DNA from: Vulcanimicrobiaceae bacterium
Lineage (GTDB): Bacteria; Vulcanimicrobiota; Vulcanimicrobiia; Vulcanimicrobiales; Vulcanimicrobiaceae
DNA: 57,811 nucleotides
Direction of reading: 5' to 3'
Assembly (NCBI GenBank): GCA_046262675.1
Contig: JBHEMH010000007.1
Coordinates: forward strand, 1 to 57,811
Part shown: positions 35,791 through 45,048 of the stretch, in pieces
How the letters are laid out: the number at the start of each line of letters is the position of its first letter
How positions within the stretch are numbered: the first letter of the stretch is position 1
Translations under genes and position numbers: made by a program
The notes under the pieces: model-generated
What the model saw: the letters and a program-made list of their open reading frames with translations, nothing else
Told to the model about the DNA's origin: nothing
The model's database searches: none

Positions 35791-36495
35791 CTACGCTGGA
35801 GTGGTCGACCCTGGGAGCAAATGCACAAGCTCGTCGAGGCTGTGGATAACTACGTTCGGCTTGGGGAGGCCGCTTGGATACGTCACCGACTCGGCGTCGA
35901 GCCAGATTCCGCGCAGGCCCGCCTCGATGCTCCCGGCGACGTCAGTTGCGGGATTATCACCCACGAACCATGCCTCCGAGACTGGAACCTCAAGGGCGGC
36001 AACGAGCGCAGTAAAGGCTTCTTTCTGAGGTTTTTGGACGCCGATGCGTTCGCTTACGACAACCGGGCCGTCGAAGCCGACGCGTGCCGCCTTGCGTTCT
36101 TGAAGCGGGCTCCAGCCGTTGGTCAAAATTGCCATACGGACGCCGCTGCGCCGCAATTTTTGCAGCAGCGTTCGCACACCGGGTAGCGGCACGACAAAAT
36201 AGTCGACGCTTTCCAGCGCGAAGTTTTTATACGCTTGAATGTATGGATGCAGATCCGTGTGCGGCAAGCGCGGGCCGCAGAATCGTTCGACCGCTTCGTC
36301 GATCGCGAACGCGCCCGAGCGTTGCTGCACAAGCAAATCATCAATATGGACAATTTCTTCATCCAGGGTTCCGATGGATTTACCACCGGCGGAGATCAAC
36401 CGCTCGAGCAGGCGCAAAAATGCGACCCGCTCGAGCTTGTTGTCGATCCCGAGTGTATGATCGAAATCAAAGCCGATTCCCGGTTGAACAGGCAC
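35791..36495 (-). CDS. HAD-superfamily hydrolase (phosphoglycolate-phosphatase-like, subfamily IA)
   Basis: FDFDHTL motif I. ...ILTNGW... motif II. ...GDNPATDV motif IV. Confidence 0.8.
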   Translation of the reverse strand: MPVQPGIGFDFDHTLGIDNKLERVAFLRLLERLISAGGKSIGTLDEEIVHIDDLLVQQRSGAFAIDEAVERFCGPRLPHTDLHPYIQAYKNFALESVDYFVVPLPGVRTLLQKLRRSGVRMAILTNGWSPLQERKAARVGFDGPVVVSERIGVQKPQKEAFTALVAALEVPVSEAWFVGDNPATDVAGSIEAGLRGIWLDAESVTYPSGLPKPNVVIHSLDELVHLLPGSTTPA

Positions 36496-36532
36496 TACGC
36501 CTGGCTCCGTGGGATTTCGGGTTCGAAATCAT

Positions 36533-36558
36533 CCCCCCATGCTGAAGCATGGGGCCCC
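36533..36558 (-). terminator. GC-rich hairpin after the M16 peptidase gene (CCCCATGC-tgaa-GCATGGGG)
   Basis: 8-bp perfect inverted repeat 65 nt downstream of the peptidase stop. No strong U-tract. Confidence 0.3.
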
Positions 36559-36622
36559 CAAACCATGGAGTGCATCTCCCTGATTTGCAATGCAACATTC
36601 CCCGAGGGCACTCCAAAGAACA

Positions 36623-39316
36623 TTACTTTGGGGGTGGGCCTTGGATAATGCGGACGAAGTCGTTGGGACGGATCCATTTTTCAATCGCGGCGCGGATACT
36701 CGAAGGCGTGGTTGCAAGCTCGCGCCGCGCGTCAATTGTTGGCTGATCGAGCGGAAGCCCAAGTTCCGTGAAGTTAATCAACTGCGAGGCTACTGCATCG
36801 AAGCTGCTCATGCGAAGTGGAATATCGCCGATGAGCATCGCCTTTCCGCGTGCGAGCTCATTTGAATCAAGCGGCGCGCGCGTTAAGTGCTGGAGGTCGG
36901 CCATTGCAAGATGTTGCGCGGGCACGATCTTGTTCGGGTCTGAAGCGAAGTTGATCGAAAACGTGGCGCGGTTCTTATGGGCCTGTAGCGAGGAGTAGAC
37001 GCTGTAGACATAGCCGTGCTTGTCACGCAGATCGTGAAAGAGCATCGAGCTCCCACCGGCTCCGAGGACCGTGTTCGCAACCTGCAGCGTGGCCCAATCG
37101 GGATTACCGCGCTCCAGGGCGCTCACTTGAGCCAGCGTCACTTGCGACTGCGTGCGGCCATTGTCCGGAACGTTGACGTCCGCCGCTCTGTTCGGCGGCA
37201 CGGTGGGCAGGAAGACATCGGGCTTAGCGCCGGTCGCGCTCCACCCGCCGAAATACTTCTCGACCAAGGCGCGCGCGGCGCCCGGATTGGTATCGCCGAT
37301 GACTACGATCGTTGTCATATCCGGCCGGTACACGGCCCCGTAGAAGCTCTTTACGTCCTCGAGCGCAACCGCGCCGGCGGTGGTGGGCGTCGCGAAACGC
37401 TGCGCCGGATCGCCTGCCGGGAAAAGCGCTTTGCTGAGTGCGATTTGCACCAGGTGATCCGGTGCGGTCATTTGCCCGGTAAGCTGTCCAACTTCTTGAC
37501 GTTGCACCGTGGTGAACGATGCATCTGGGAAGGCCGGATGGAGCTCTTCATCGGCGAGCAACTGCATGCCCCGGTCGAGCTGATTACTCAGAACATCCAG
37601 CGAGAAGTTCGGACCGGCAGTCACGTCGGCTGCGATCTTGTCCAGCTCTTGGCGGAGCGCGATGCGTGTGTAGGTCGTCGTTCCGAATGGGAAGAGACCG
37701 GCAGCGATGTCGCCGACCCCAAGTTTAGCGAGGGGGGCTTGAATCGCCTCATTTGAAAGGACCGAGCCGCGCACGACGACCGTGTGTGTAACATGTTCCG
37801 GCTGAACGATTAAGCGGATTCCATTCGGTAGTAGGCTAGTAACCGGGTCGATCGTCGGATTCGGAACGCTGATGTGCTTGAAGGCGGCAATCGCCCATGA
37901 GGGTAGCGGATCGTGGTGCGTGAGCGTGATCTTGTTGCTCTCCTGAGCGGGGCCCGACGGTGGATGCGTGTTGATCTTGCCCATGTTCTTCGGAATTGCG
38001 AACGCCGTGATCGCTTGCTCCGGCACCATGTACGTGCGAAGGACCCGGTTCACGTCCGCTACCGTTACGCGTTTTGTTTGCGCCAAGGAATCGTCGGGCG
38101 AGTTGAGCCCTTCCTTTGCAACTGCGTCGCTCCATTCAAAAGCCAGACCATCAATTGAGTTTCCCCGGAATTCCGCATCGGCGATCGCGCGCTGCTTTGC
38201 AACGGCCACCAGCTCTTCAGGCACGCCATTTTTGCGATAATCGGCAAGCACGCCGTTGAGGTCGGCCAAACCCGTCTCTGCCTTCGCGGTTACCGGCACG
38301 ATGGCATATGCAGCCAGCGCCGATGCAAGCGGATGGGATTCGATTTCCTGAACGCCGGCGGCCAGCACCTTACCCGCTGCCTGCAGTCCGAAAAGATTGG
38401 CACGCTGGTTGTTGAGGACGGCCTCCAGAATCTGCGTCGCCGCATAATCGGCCGATTTATAGCCCGGCATACGGAAAGAGGTTGCAATGATGTCGTATGG
38501 TTGATCGCTGTCGACGTGATACGTCGCAGCTTTGATTGGCCCTAGCTTCACTTGCGGGCGCCTGGGCAGCGTGGCGGCGGGAATCGATCCGAAATACTTT
38601 TTGACCGCCTTAACGGTCGCTCCACCATCCACATTGCCGGCAATAACGTACACGGCGTTGTTCGGGTGATACCAGGCGTGATAAAGCGCCAGCAGTTGCG
38701 GCGAGTTGATTTTATTCTTAAAGCTGGCGAGCGTGCCGAGCGTATCGTTTGCGTACGGCGTACCTTTAAAGATCGACGGCAAGATGGTGCGTTCAAAGAG
38801 TTTAGCAACCGCGATGCTATCGTCTTGCGTGACTTCGTTCATGATCGCGCCACGCTCGATCTTCCAAAGGTCCTGTGGAACCAGCAAGTCTTTGGCACGT
38901 GCGGCCTCAAGCCGCAAGGCGACATCCAAATACTGCGAGGGCACGGAAAAGAAATACTGCGTGATCTCGCCTTGCGTATCGGCGTCTTGATTACCGCCCA
39001 TCAGCTCCGCGACATCGGAGAGCTGCGATTCGCTTACGGTTTTGCTGCCACGGAACATCATATGCTCCAGCGCGTGCGCCTGCCCCGGAAATTGCTGTAC
39101 GCCCGATCCGGCTTTGTAATTCAGGACAGTCGTGACGACAGGAGCGAGCGGGTCGCGGATAACGACGATCTGCAGACCATTGGCCAGTGTCGCGCGCGTG
39201 ACGGCAAGAGCGGCAGCGGCCGGCGCGGGTGCTAACCCAATGATCGAAAAAACAACCGCAAACAGAAAGGCGCAGAAAAGACGAAAAGAACGCAAGGTCA
39301 TACCCCTAAGCAGCAA
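36623..39316 (-). CDS. M16 (pitrilysin/insulinase) family zinc peptidase, tandem double-unit, secreted
   Basis: 897 aa. Signal peptide. HxxEH motif (HALEHMMFRGS) in the first unit, and a second inactive-type M16 unit. Confidence 0.85.
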   Translation of the reverse strand: MLLRGMTLRSFRLFCAFLFAVVFSIIGLAPAPAAAALAVTRATLANGLQIVVIRDPLAPVVTTVLNYKAGSGVQQFPGQAHALEHMMFRGSKTVSESQLSDVAELMGGNQDADTQGEITQYFFSVPSQYLDVALRLEAARAKDLLVPQDLWKIERGAIMNEVTQDDSIAVAKLFERTILPSIFKGTPYANDTLGTLASFKNKINSPQLLALYHAWYHPNNAVYVIAGNVDGGATVKAVKKYFGSIPAATLPRRPQVKLGPIKAATYHVDSDQPYDIIATSFRMPGYKSADYAATQILEAVLNNQRANLFGLQAAGKVLAAGVQEIESHPLASALAAYAIVPVTAKAETGLADLNGVLADYRKNGVPEELVAVAKQRAIADAEFRGNSIDGLAFEWSDAVAKEGLNSPDDSLAQTKRVTVADVNRVLRTYMVPEQAITAFAIPKNMGKINTHPPSGPAQESNKITLTHHDPLPSWAIAAFKHISVPNPTIDPVTSLLPNGIRLIVQPEHVTHTVVVRGSVLSNEAIQAPLAKLGVGDIAAGLFPFGTTTYTRIALRQELDKIAADVTAGPNFSLDVLSNQLDRGMQLLADEELHPAFPDASFTTVQRQEVGQLTGQMTAPDHLVQIALSKALFPAGDPAQRFATPTTAGAVALEDVKSFYGAVYRPDMTTIVVIGDTNPGAARALVEKYFGGWSATGAKPDVFLPTVPPNRAADVNVPDNGRTQSQVTLAQVSALERGNPDWATLQVANTVLGAGGSSMLFHDLRDKHGYVYSVYSSLQAHKNRATFSINFASDPNKIVPAQHLAMADLQHLTRAPLDSNELARGKAMLIGDIPLRMSSFDAVASQLINFTELGLPLDQPTIDARRELATTPSSIRAAIEKWIRPNDFVRIIQGPPPK

Positions 39317-39356
39317 GTGGATTCCAGCGGTTTCAAACCGCGCGGGGGCGGCCCCT

Positions 39357-41399
39357 CTAACTTGAGAGCAGCATGGCGCGCGCGCTGGGTTGTGCCTCGA
39401 TCAGAAGGCGAAGGCCGTTGTGAGTGGGCTTTTCGAGCAAGGGATCGTTGCTGATGATGGATTGCGCACACGCTTTGGCACGCTGGTAGACTTCGACATC
39501 GCGTACCAGATCGGCAACCTTGAAGTCTGTAAGGCCCGCTTGTTGCGTGCCGGCAAACTCACCTGGACCGCGCAGGCGCAGATCTTCTTCGGAAATTTCG
39601 AAACCGTCGGTGGACTCAGTTAAGATCGTCAGGCGTTCGATCTCGCCTGCTTCATCCGGCGCGATGAGCAGACAGAACGACTTGGCCGCACCGCGGCCGA
39701 CACGTCCGCGCAGTTGATGGAGTTGAGCAAGGCCGTAGCGCTGGGCATCCAGCACGAGCATGACGCTCGCGTTGGGAACGTCCACGCCGACTTCGATGAC
39801 GGTCGTTGCAATAAGCACGTCGATCTCGCCGCGCGAAAAACGCTGCATGATCGCTTCTTTTTCACGTGGCACGAGCCGCCCGTGCAAAAGCCCCAGCCGC
39901 AAATCGGAGAGAATCGTCGTCCGCAGGCGGTCGTACTCAGCGACGACACTCGTTAAGCCGGCCTCGGACTCATCGATCGCAGGCGCGACGATATAGACTT
40001 GCTGACCGGCCGCGACGTTCTTACGCACGAATTCGTACGCTCTCGAGAGACGGCTTGCGCGCAGTGCAAATGTCTCGATCGGGGTGCGCCCCGGCGGCAA
40101 CTCATCGATCGTTGAGACGTCAAGATCGGCGTAGATCGACTGCGCAAGCGTGCGAGGAATCGGAGTGGCCGTCATGTGCAGGGTGTGCGGCGAGAGTCCT
40201 TTCGCGCGCAACTTGGCGCGTTGCTCTACCCCGAAACGATGCTGCTCGTCGATGATCACGAGTCCTAAGTGGGCGAAATCGACGCCTTCGGTGAGCAACG
40301 CATGCGTGCCAACCGCGAGACGCGCCTCGCCGCTCGAGATCTTCTGCACCGCAGCCGCACGCGATTTTGCGCCCTGACTTCCGAACACGGCTTCAACCGT
40401 GATCCCAAAGGGAAGCAGCAACGGTGCAAGTTTTGCCGCATGCTGCGCCGCAAGAATCTCGGTGGGCGCCATCAGCGCAGACTGCATCCCGTTGCGGGCC
40501 GCCATCAGAATCCCGGCGGCGGCAACCAGCGTCTTCCCGCTGCCGACATCCCCTTGCAGCAAGCGGTTCATGGGATGCTCGCGCGTCATGTCGTGCCAGA
40601 TTTCTTGGATGACTCGATCTTGCGCCTTGGTTAAAGCGAAGGGCATGCCGCCCGAAAACGAATCGAGCAATCCGTCGGGAATCCGCATGGCTTGCGCGCG
40701 CTCATGCGTCTCGCGCTTGCTCCGTTTGAGCTGCGCCGCAAGTGCGAGCGCTAGAAACTCGGTAAAGATAAATCGTTCGCGCGCAACGGCCGTCTGTTCC
40801 GGATCCTGCGGCGCGTGGATCCTGCGGTACGCATCGTGCGCATCCGGAAATGAAAATCGTTTTGCAAGTGATTTGGGAAGATGATCTTCACAAAGATCAA
40901 GGAGCACCGGCATGTTGCGCGCCACAACCTGATGGATCTTGCGCGACGTGAGCATCTTGCTCGCGGAGTAGACCGGAACAACCTCGCCCTGATAGAGTTC
41001 ACCCTCGTGCAAGATTTTATGTGTCCCGACATTCATGCTGGCACCGGCCAGCGTTCGCGTGACACGCCCCCGCACGAAGATGCGCATGCCGGTCTTGAGA
41101 GCGCCGAGAAGATATTTTCGTCCGAACCACTTTGCAACGAACCGGCCGGAGTCATCTTCGATTTCCACTTCGACGATTGCAAGGCGCGCACGCCGTTCGC
41201 GCACCGAAGCGATGTGTCCAACGGCATTTTCTTCCACTGAATCGCCGCCGAGTCCAAGCCGCGCCGCAGGGGTCGGATAGCGCAAGTCTTCGTAACGGTA
41301 TGGAAAGTAGTTCAGCAAATCTTCGGCGGTAAGGAGCCCGAGCTCGGCGAATTTTCCGATGGATTCCTTACCGACGCCCGCAAGTTCACCGAGGAGCAT
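39357..41399 (-). CDS. recG: ATP-dependent DNA helicase RecG
   Basis: 680 aa. Wedge domain. Helicase motifs (GDVGSGKT, DEQHRFG, ...TATPIPRT...). Confidence 0.9.
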   Translation of the reverse strand: MLLGELAGVGKESIGKFAELGLLTAEDLLNYFPYRYEDLRYPTPAARLGLGGDSVEENAVGHIASVRERRARLAIVEVEIEDDSGRFVAKWFGRKYLLGALKTGMRIFVRGRVTRTLAGASMNVGTHKILHEGELYQGEVVPVYSASKMLTSRKIHQVVARNMPVLLDLCEDHLPKSLAKRFSFPDAHDAYRRIHAPQDPEQTAVARERFIFTEFLALALAAQLKRSKRETHERAQAMRIPDGLLDSFSGGMPFALTKAQDRVIQEIWHDMTREHPMNRLLQGDVGSGKTLVAAAGILMAARNGMQSALMAPTEILAAQHAAKLAPLLLPFGITVEAVFGSQGAKSRAAAVQKISSGEARLAVGTHALLTEGVDFAHLGLVIIDEQHRFGVEQRAKLRAKGLSPHTLHMTATPIPRTLAQSIYADLDVSTIDELPPGRTPIETFALRASRLSRAYEFVRKNVAAGQQVYIVAPAIDESEAGLTSVVAEYDRLRTTILSDLRLGLLHGRLVPREKEAIMQRFSRGEIDVLIATTVIEVGVDVPNASVMLVLDAQRYGLAQLHQLRGRVGRGAAKSFCLLIAPDEAGEIERLTILTESTDGFEISEEDLRLRGPGEFAGTQQAGLTDFKVADLVRDVEVYQRAKACAQSIISNDPLLEKPTHNGLRLLIEAQPSARAMLLSS

Positions 41400-42352
41400 C
41401 AGGGGACGGAGAATCCGCTGGAGAGCGCTTTCGTGAGCGCATAGACGGTGTTTATGGTTGGTGCACGCACCGCGAATTCATGGGCCAACTCAACGACGGC
41501 ACCGACGATCGGATCGAGTTCGAGCGGGCGGCCGGCCTCGGCGTCCTGCAACATCGACGTCTTGACATTTGCCAGGCGTGAAGCATAATTGATTCGCTCC
41601 TCGACGCTAATGTCAACGTCGACGCCGGTTGCGGCCGCGACGCGCACCGTCTCTTCCATCAGGGTCGCTATTAACGCGCGAGTGCCCGGATCGCCCACCA
41701 TCTTGCCAACCGTTAGGCGGGTAAGAGCGCTCACAGGGTTGAGCGAGACATTCCCCAGCAACTTACGCCACACATCGCGCCTGATCGTCGTAACGACGGG
41801 AGCGTTAAGGTTTGCGGCAGTGAGCTGGGCCCCCACCGCTTCGGCGCGCGCCGACGGCTGCTCGTCGGGATCGCCCAAAATGTAGTTCATCCCGCCCGAC
41901 TGCTCGATCGTTCCGGGCGTGGGGATGTTTCCGGAGGCGTGAATAACCGAGCCGACGATTTGATCGCGCGGGATTGCTTTGTGCAGTTGGCCGCCGCGAT
42001 CGACCGTTGCGAGCCAACGCTCGGAGAAATACCAAAACGGCAAACCGTTCTGCATTGGTACGATTGTGGCGCCCGCCGTGATCGACGGCTGCAGCTGGGG
42101 GAGCAAATCGACCAGCTGGTGCGCTTTGACGACAACGAGAACGGCGTCGAAGTTGCCAAGCTCGCGCAGGTCGCTGGATGCCGGAATCTGCAGGGTGAAG
42201 TCGCCGGCTTCGCTTCGAACGCAGAGACCATGTGCGCGAATGGCTTCGAGGTGAGCACCGCGCGCGACGAGGGCCGTGTCGGCTCCGCTGCGGGCGAGCA
42301 TGCCGGCAATAAAGCCGCCGATGCCCCCGGCTCCAACTACTGCTGTTCGCAT
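41399..42352 (-). CDS. panE: 2-dehydropantoate 2-reductase (ketopantoate reductase, PanE/ApbA family)
   Basis: 317 aa. VVGAGGIGGFIAGML Rossmann motif and ApbA C-terminal domain. Confidence 0.8.
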   Translation of the reverse strand: MRTAVVGAGGIGGFIAGMLARSGADTALVARGAHLEAIRAHGLCVRSEAGDFTLQIPASSDLRELGNFDAVLVVVKAHQLVDLLPQLQPSITAGATIVPMQNGLPFWYFSERWLATVDRGGQLHKAIPRDQIVGSVIHASGNIPTPGTIEQSGGMNYILGDPDEQPSARAEAVGAQLTAANLNAPVVTTIRRDVWRKLLGNVSLNPVSALTRLTVGKMVGDPGTRALIATLMEETVRVAAATGVDVDISVEERINYASRLANVKTSMLQDAEAGRPLELDPIVGAVVELAHEFAVRAPTINTVYALTKALSSGFSVP

Positions 42353-42371
42353 TGATTATATGAAGAAAATT

Positions 42372-42446
42372 TGGAGGCGACGCCCAGATTCGAACTGGGG
42401 AATGGGGGCTTTGCAGGCTCCTGCCTTACCACTTGGCTACGTCGCC
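42372..42446 (-). tRNA. tRNA-Cys (GCA), CCA encoded
   Basis: Reverse complement GGCGACGTAGCCAAGTGGTAAGGCAGGAGCCTGCAAAGCCCCCATTCCCCAGTTCGAATCTGGGCGTCGCCTCCA. Folds with a 7-bp acceptor stem, anticodon loop CUGCAAA and T-loop TTCGAAT. Confidence 0.85.
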
Positions 42447-42473
42447 ATCTCAAATTCACTTCGGTTCCCAGAA

Positions 42474-42544
42474 AGCGGGTAGCGAGAATCGAACTCGCGC
42501 ATCAACCTTGGGAAGGTCGCAGGCTACCATTACATCATACCCGC
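42474..42544 (-). tRNA. tRNA-Gly (CCC), CCA not encoded
   Basis: Reverse complement GCGGGTATGATGTAATGGTAGCCTGCGACCTTCCCAAGGTTGATGCGCGAGTTCGATTCTCGCTACCCGCT. Acceptor GCGGGTA/TACCCGC. Anticodon loop TTCCCAA. T-arm GCGAG-TTCGATT-CTCGC. The D-stem has one mismatch. Confidence 0.7.
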
Positions 42545-42640
42545 GCTCCACTGGCGTCCGTCCGGTTCGGTAGACCCCGCTCGGCGTCCTACACCCTAGC
42601 GAGAACCCTCGCGGGAGACGGTTGTTTGCAGCCTTTTCTA

Positions 42641-43720
42641 ATGAAGTCTCAAGCATCCGGGTATAGGCTCGCTGTGAGCTTGCCGATCAAACCGCCGTTT
42701 CCGCCAATGGAGGCGCAGTCGCAGCGCGAGTTGCCTCCACCGGGCGCGGTCCAATACGAACCAAAGTGGGACGGCTTTCGCTGCGTCGCGTTCCGCGACG
42801 GCGATGATATCTATTTGCAATCCAAAGCCGGCGAGGCGCTCGCGCGGTATTTTCCCGAGATAGTGCAAGCCCTTCGCGAACTCAAGCCAAAGGAATTCGT
42901 GATCGACGGCGAGCTGGTTGTGCCGGTCGAGGACCGGCTCGACTTTGAACAACTCCAGCAACGCATCCACCCGGCCGCCAGCCGCATCGCGCTGCTCGCA
43001 GAGCAATTCCCGGCGACGTTCTTGGTCTTCGACATTCTTGTCGATGCAAACGGCGCGGAGACGTGGAAACTCCCTTTGCGACTACGGCGCCAAGCGCTAG
43101 AGACATTCGCACCCGTCTTTTCGCCGGGGGGGCGCCTGCAGCTCTCGCCCGCAACCGCAGATGGCGCAACGGTAAAACACTGGCTTAGCGCAGTCGGCGG
43201 CGCACTGGATGGAATCATCGCGAAAAACCTGGACGCGCCCTACGCATCGGGCGAGCGATCCGCCGCGGTTAAGGTCAAGCGCATGCGCACAGCTGATTGC
43301 GTAATCGGCGGCTACCGCAAGAGCAAAGACGGCACCTCGATCGGCTCGCTGCTGCTCGGGCTCTATGATAAAAAGGGCGACTTCGACTATGTCGGGTTCT
43401 GTTCGGGTTTAAGCGCCAAAGAAAAGCGCAGCCTTCTGGGTGAGTTGAAAACGTTGCACGGGGATTCTGCCTTCACGCTGCGTTCCCCGGGGGGACCAAG
43501 CCGATGGAACCGCGGGAAGCCCGAGTCGGAATGGTTTCCCTTGCAACCTAAGCTTGTGCTTGAAGTTGAATTCGACCACGTTTCAAACGGACGGTTCCGG
43601 CACGGAACGCGGCCACTGCGTTTTCGACCCGACAAAGCGGCCGCACAATGCACGACCGAGCAGCTGCAACAACCCGAGGGAACCTCGCCCTTCACATTAG
43701 CGGTCGCCGACTTTCCTTAG
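42641..43720 (+). CDS. ATP-dependent DNA ligase, standalone LigD-type ligase domain (NHEJ)
   Basis: Motif I EPKWDGFR (KxDG), motif ...FVIDGELVV..., ...LLVFDIL. Start ambiguous: ATG 42641 or ATG 42707. The ORF-track N-terminal extension overlaps both tRNAs and is rejected. Confidence 0.8.
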   Translation: MKSQASGYRLAVSLPIKPPFPPMEAQSQRELPPPGAVQYEPKWDGFRCVAFRDGDDIYLQSKAGEALARYFPEIVQALRELKPKEFVIDGELVVPVEDRLDFEQLQQRIHPAASRIALLAEQFPATFLVFDILVDANGAETWKLPLRLRRQALETFAPVFSPGGRLQLSPATADGATVKHWLSAVGGALDGIIAKNLDAPYASGERSAAVKVKRMRTADCVIGGYRKSKDGTSIGSLLLGLYDKKGDFDYVGFCSGLSAKEKRSLLGELKTLHGDSAFTLRSPGGPSRWNRGKPESEWFPLQPKLVLEVEFDHVSNGRFRHGTRPLRFRPDKAAAQCTTEQLQQPEGTSPFTLAVADFP

Positions 43721-43826
43721 GAGACCGGGCGCCTAATGCTACTTACGCTAAAATTTAATTTTTGGTGAGTTTTGGGGCGCCTGCTACGTTGGTATATATA
43801 CAAGAGGAAAGCGAGCAACAAAACCC

Positions 43827-44048
43827 ATGATTCCCGAATACGAATGTTGTTCCGTCTGCCGGGCGCACCGGGTGGTCGGCTATTACGAAGACAACGTTTA
43901 CTCCAGCATACGCTCGACTTGCACGTGTATGAACCAGCTCGGCAAACGTTTCACCACTCCGGGTTTTTGGGACCGCGTCAGGCGGCGAGACCAACGCAAC
44001 GCCCTACTTGAAGTTCGGTCGGCGATCAACGGCAACGCGAGAATCTAG
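43827..44048 (+). CDS. Possible small Cys-rich ORF (73 aa) in an AT-rich islet, low confidence
   Basis: MIPEYECCSVCRAHRVVGYYEDNVYSSIRSTCTCMNQ... Lies downstream of an unusually AT-rich 90-bp stretch (43741-43826). The SD spacing is poor. Confidence 0.2.
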   Translation: MIPEYECCSVCRAHRVVGYYEDNVYSSIRSTCTCMNQLGKRFTTPGFWDRVRRRDQRNALLEVRSAINGNARI

Positions 44049-44998
44049 CGCTTTTTGCGCCTCGGCGGCGCTTCGCTCAACATCGGGGCGAGGTCGAACC
44101 GCCCTTTTCTTGCCAGCATAACGCTCCACATGTCGCCCCGTTCGGCGATACGCTCCCGCATATTGTCGATGCGGAAGTCTTCGATCTCGCACCCCGATTC
44201 GATCTCTTCCCACGTAACCGGCGCGGACACGCTGGCGGCCGGAGTCGGACGTACCGAGTAGACCGAGGCAAGCGTGCTTCCCCAGCGATTCTGGTTGTAG
44301 TCCACCAGCACGCGGCCCTTCGGACGCTTCTCGATGCGGTATTCGGCGGTGGCGAGTTCTGAATAATTGCTGGCGACGGCTTGCGCAAAGGCTTTTGCAA
44401 ACGTCCAGACTTGTTTCTGCAACGGACCGCGAGCGATTGGGACGTAGACGTGAATACCTTTCGAACCCGATGTCTTTGCATAGGCGGCAATTCCAAGGCC
44501 GGATAGTCCGTCACGCACGATCAGTGCAACTTCGCGCACCGTTGAGAACGGCGCACTACCGGGATCGAGATCAAAGTGCAGGTAGTCGGGCCGGTCGATA
44601 TCATCACAGCGGGCGTACCACTGATTGAGATCGATGCATCCGAGGTTGACGAGCCACAGAAGTGCGGCCGTATCGTTGATCATCGGAAAATCGATGACGT
44701 TGCCCGACCCATGCTCGATGCGGCAGGTCAGCAGCCATTCGGGATGGGGGTTCGGCGTGCGCTTCATGAAAAAGAATTCGCCTGCAATGCCGTGGGGGTA
44801 GCGTTTCATCACCATCGCCCGATCCGCAAGGTGCGGCACGAGAACGTCCGCGACGTCCGCATAGTACTGCAACAGGTCGCCCTTCGTAACGCCCCGGTCC
44901 GCCCAAAACACTTTGCGCAGATTCGTTACGCGCACGTCCTTGTTGGCCGCGCGAACCGTTGCGTCGTTATGATCGGTGGGAATGATGACTTTCGGCAT
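44045..44998 (-). CDS. LigD primase-polymerase domain (PolDom), standalone NHEJ polymerase
   Basis: 317 aa. Hallmark ...AYAKTSGSKGIHVYVPI... and ...VLVDYNQN... motifs of the archaeo-eukaryotic primase-type LigD Pol domain. Confidence 0.85.
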   Translation of the reverse strand: MPKVIIPTDHNDATVRAANKDVRVTNLRKVFWADRGVTKGDLLQYYADVADVLVPHLADRAMVMKRYPHGIAGEFFFMKRTPNPHPEWLLTCRIEHGSGNVIDFPMINDTAALLWLVNLGCIDLNQWYARCDDIDRPDYLHFDLDPGSAPFSTVREVALIVRDGLSGLGIAAYAKTSGSKGIHVYVPIARGPLQKQVWTFAKAFAQAVASNYSELATAEYRIEKRPKGRVLVDYNQNRWGSTLASVYSVRPTPAASVSAPVTWEEIESGCEIEDFRIDNMRERIAERGDMWSVMLARKGRFDLAPMLSEAPPRRKKR

Positions 44999-45048
44999 CT
45001 TGTCTTCTACCCAGGCAAGCCGGGCTGAACGGGCGAACGCTCTGCCCC

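Noticed and set aside
39317-39356. Short palindrome GCGGTTTcAAACCGC between recG and the M16 peptidase gene
   Set aside because: A 7-bp dyad with a 1-nt centre cannot form a stable hairpin. Probably incidental, or a weak protein-binding dyad. Not enough to call.
42371-42640. N-terminal 90-aa extension of the DNA ligase ORF
   Set aside because: It runs across two tRNA genes on the opposite strand. The ligase domain starts well downstream.
43772-44011. 79-aa plus ORF in the ligase-PolDom intergenic region
   Set aside because: Arg/Leu-rich. Overlaps the more plausible, though still weak, Cys-rich frame. No RBS.
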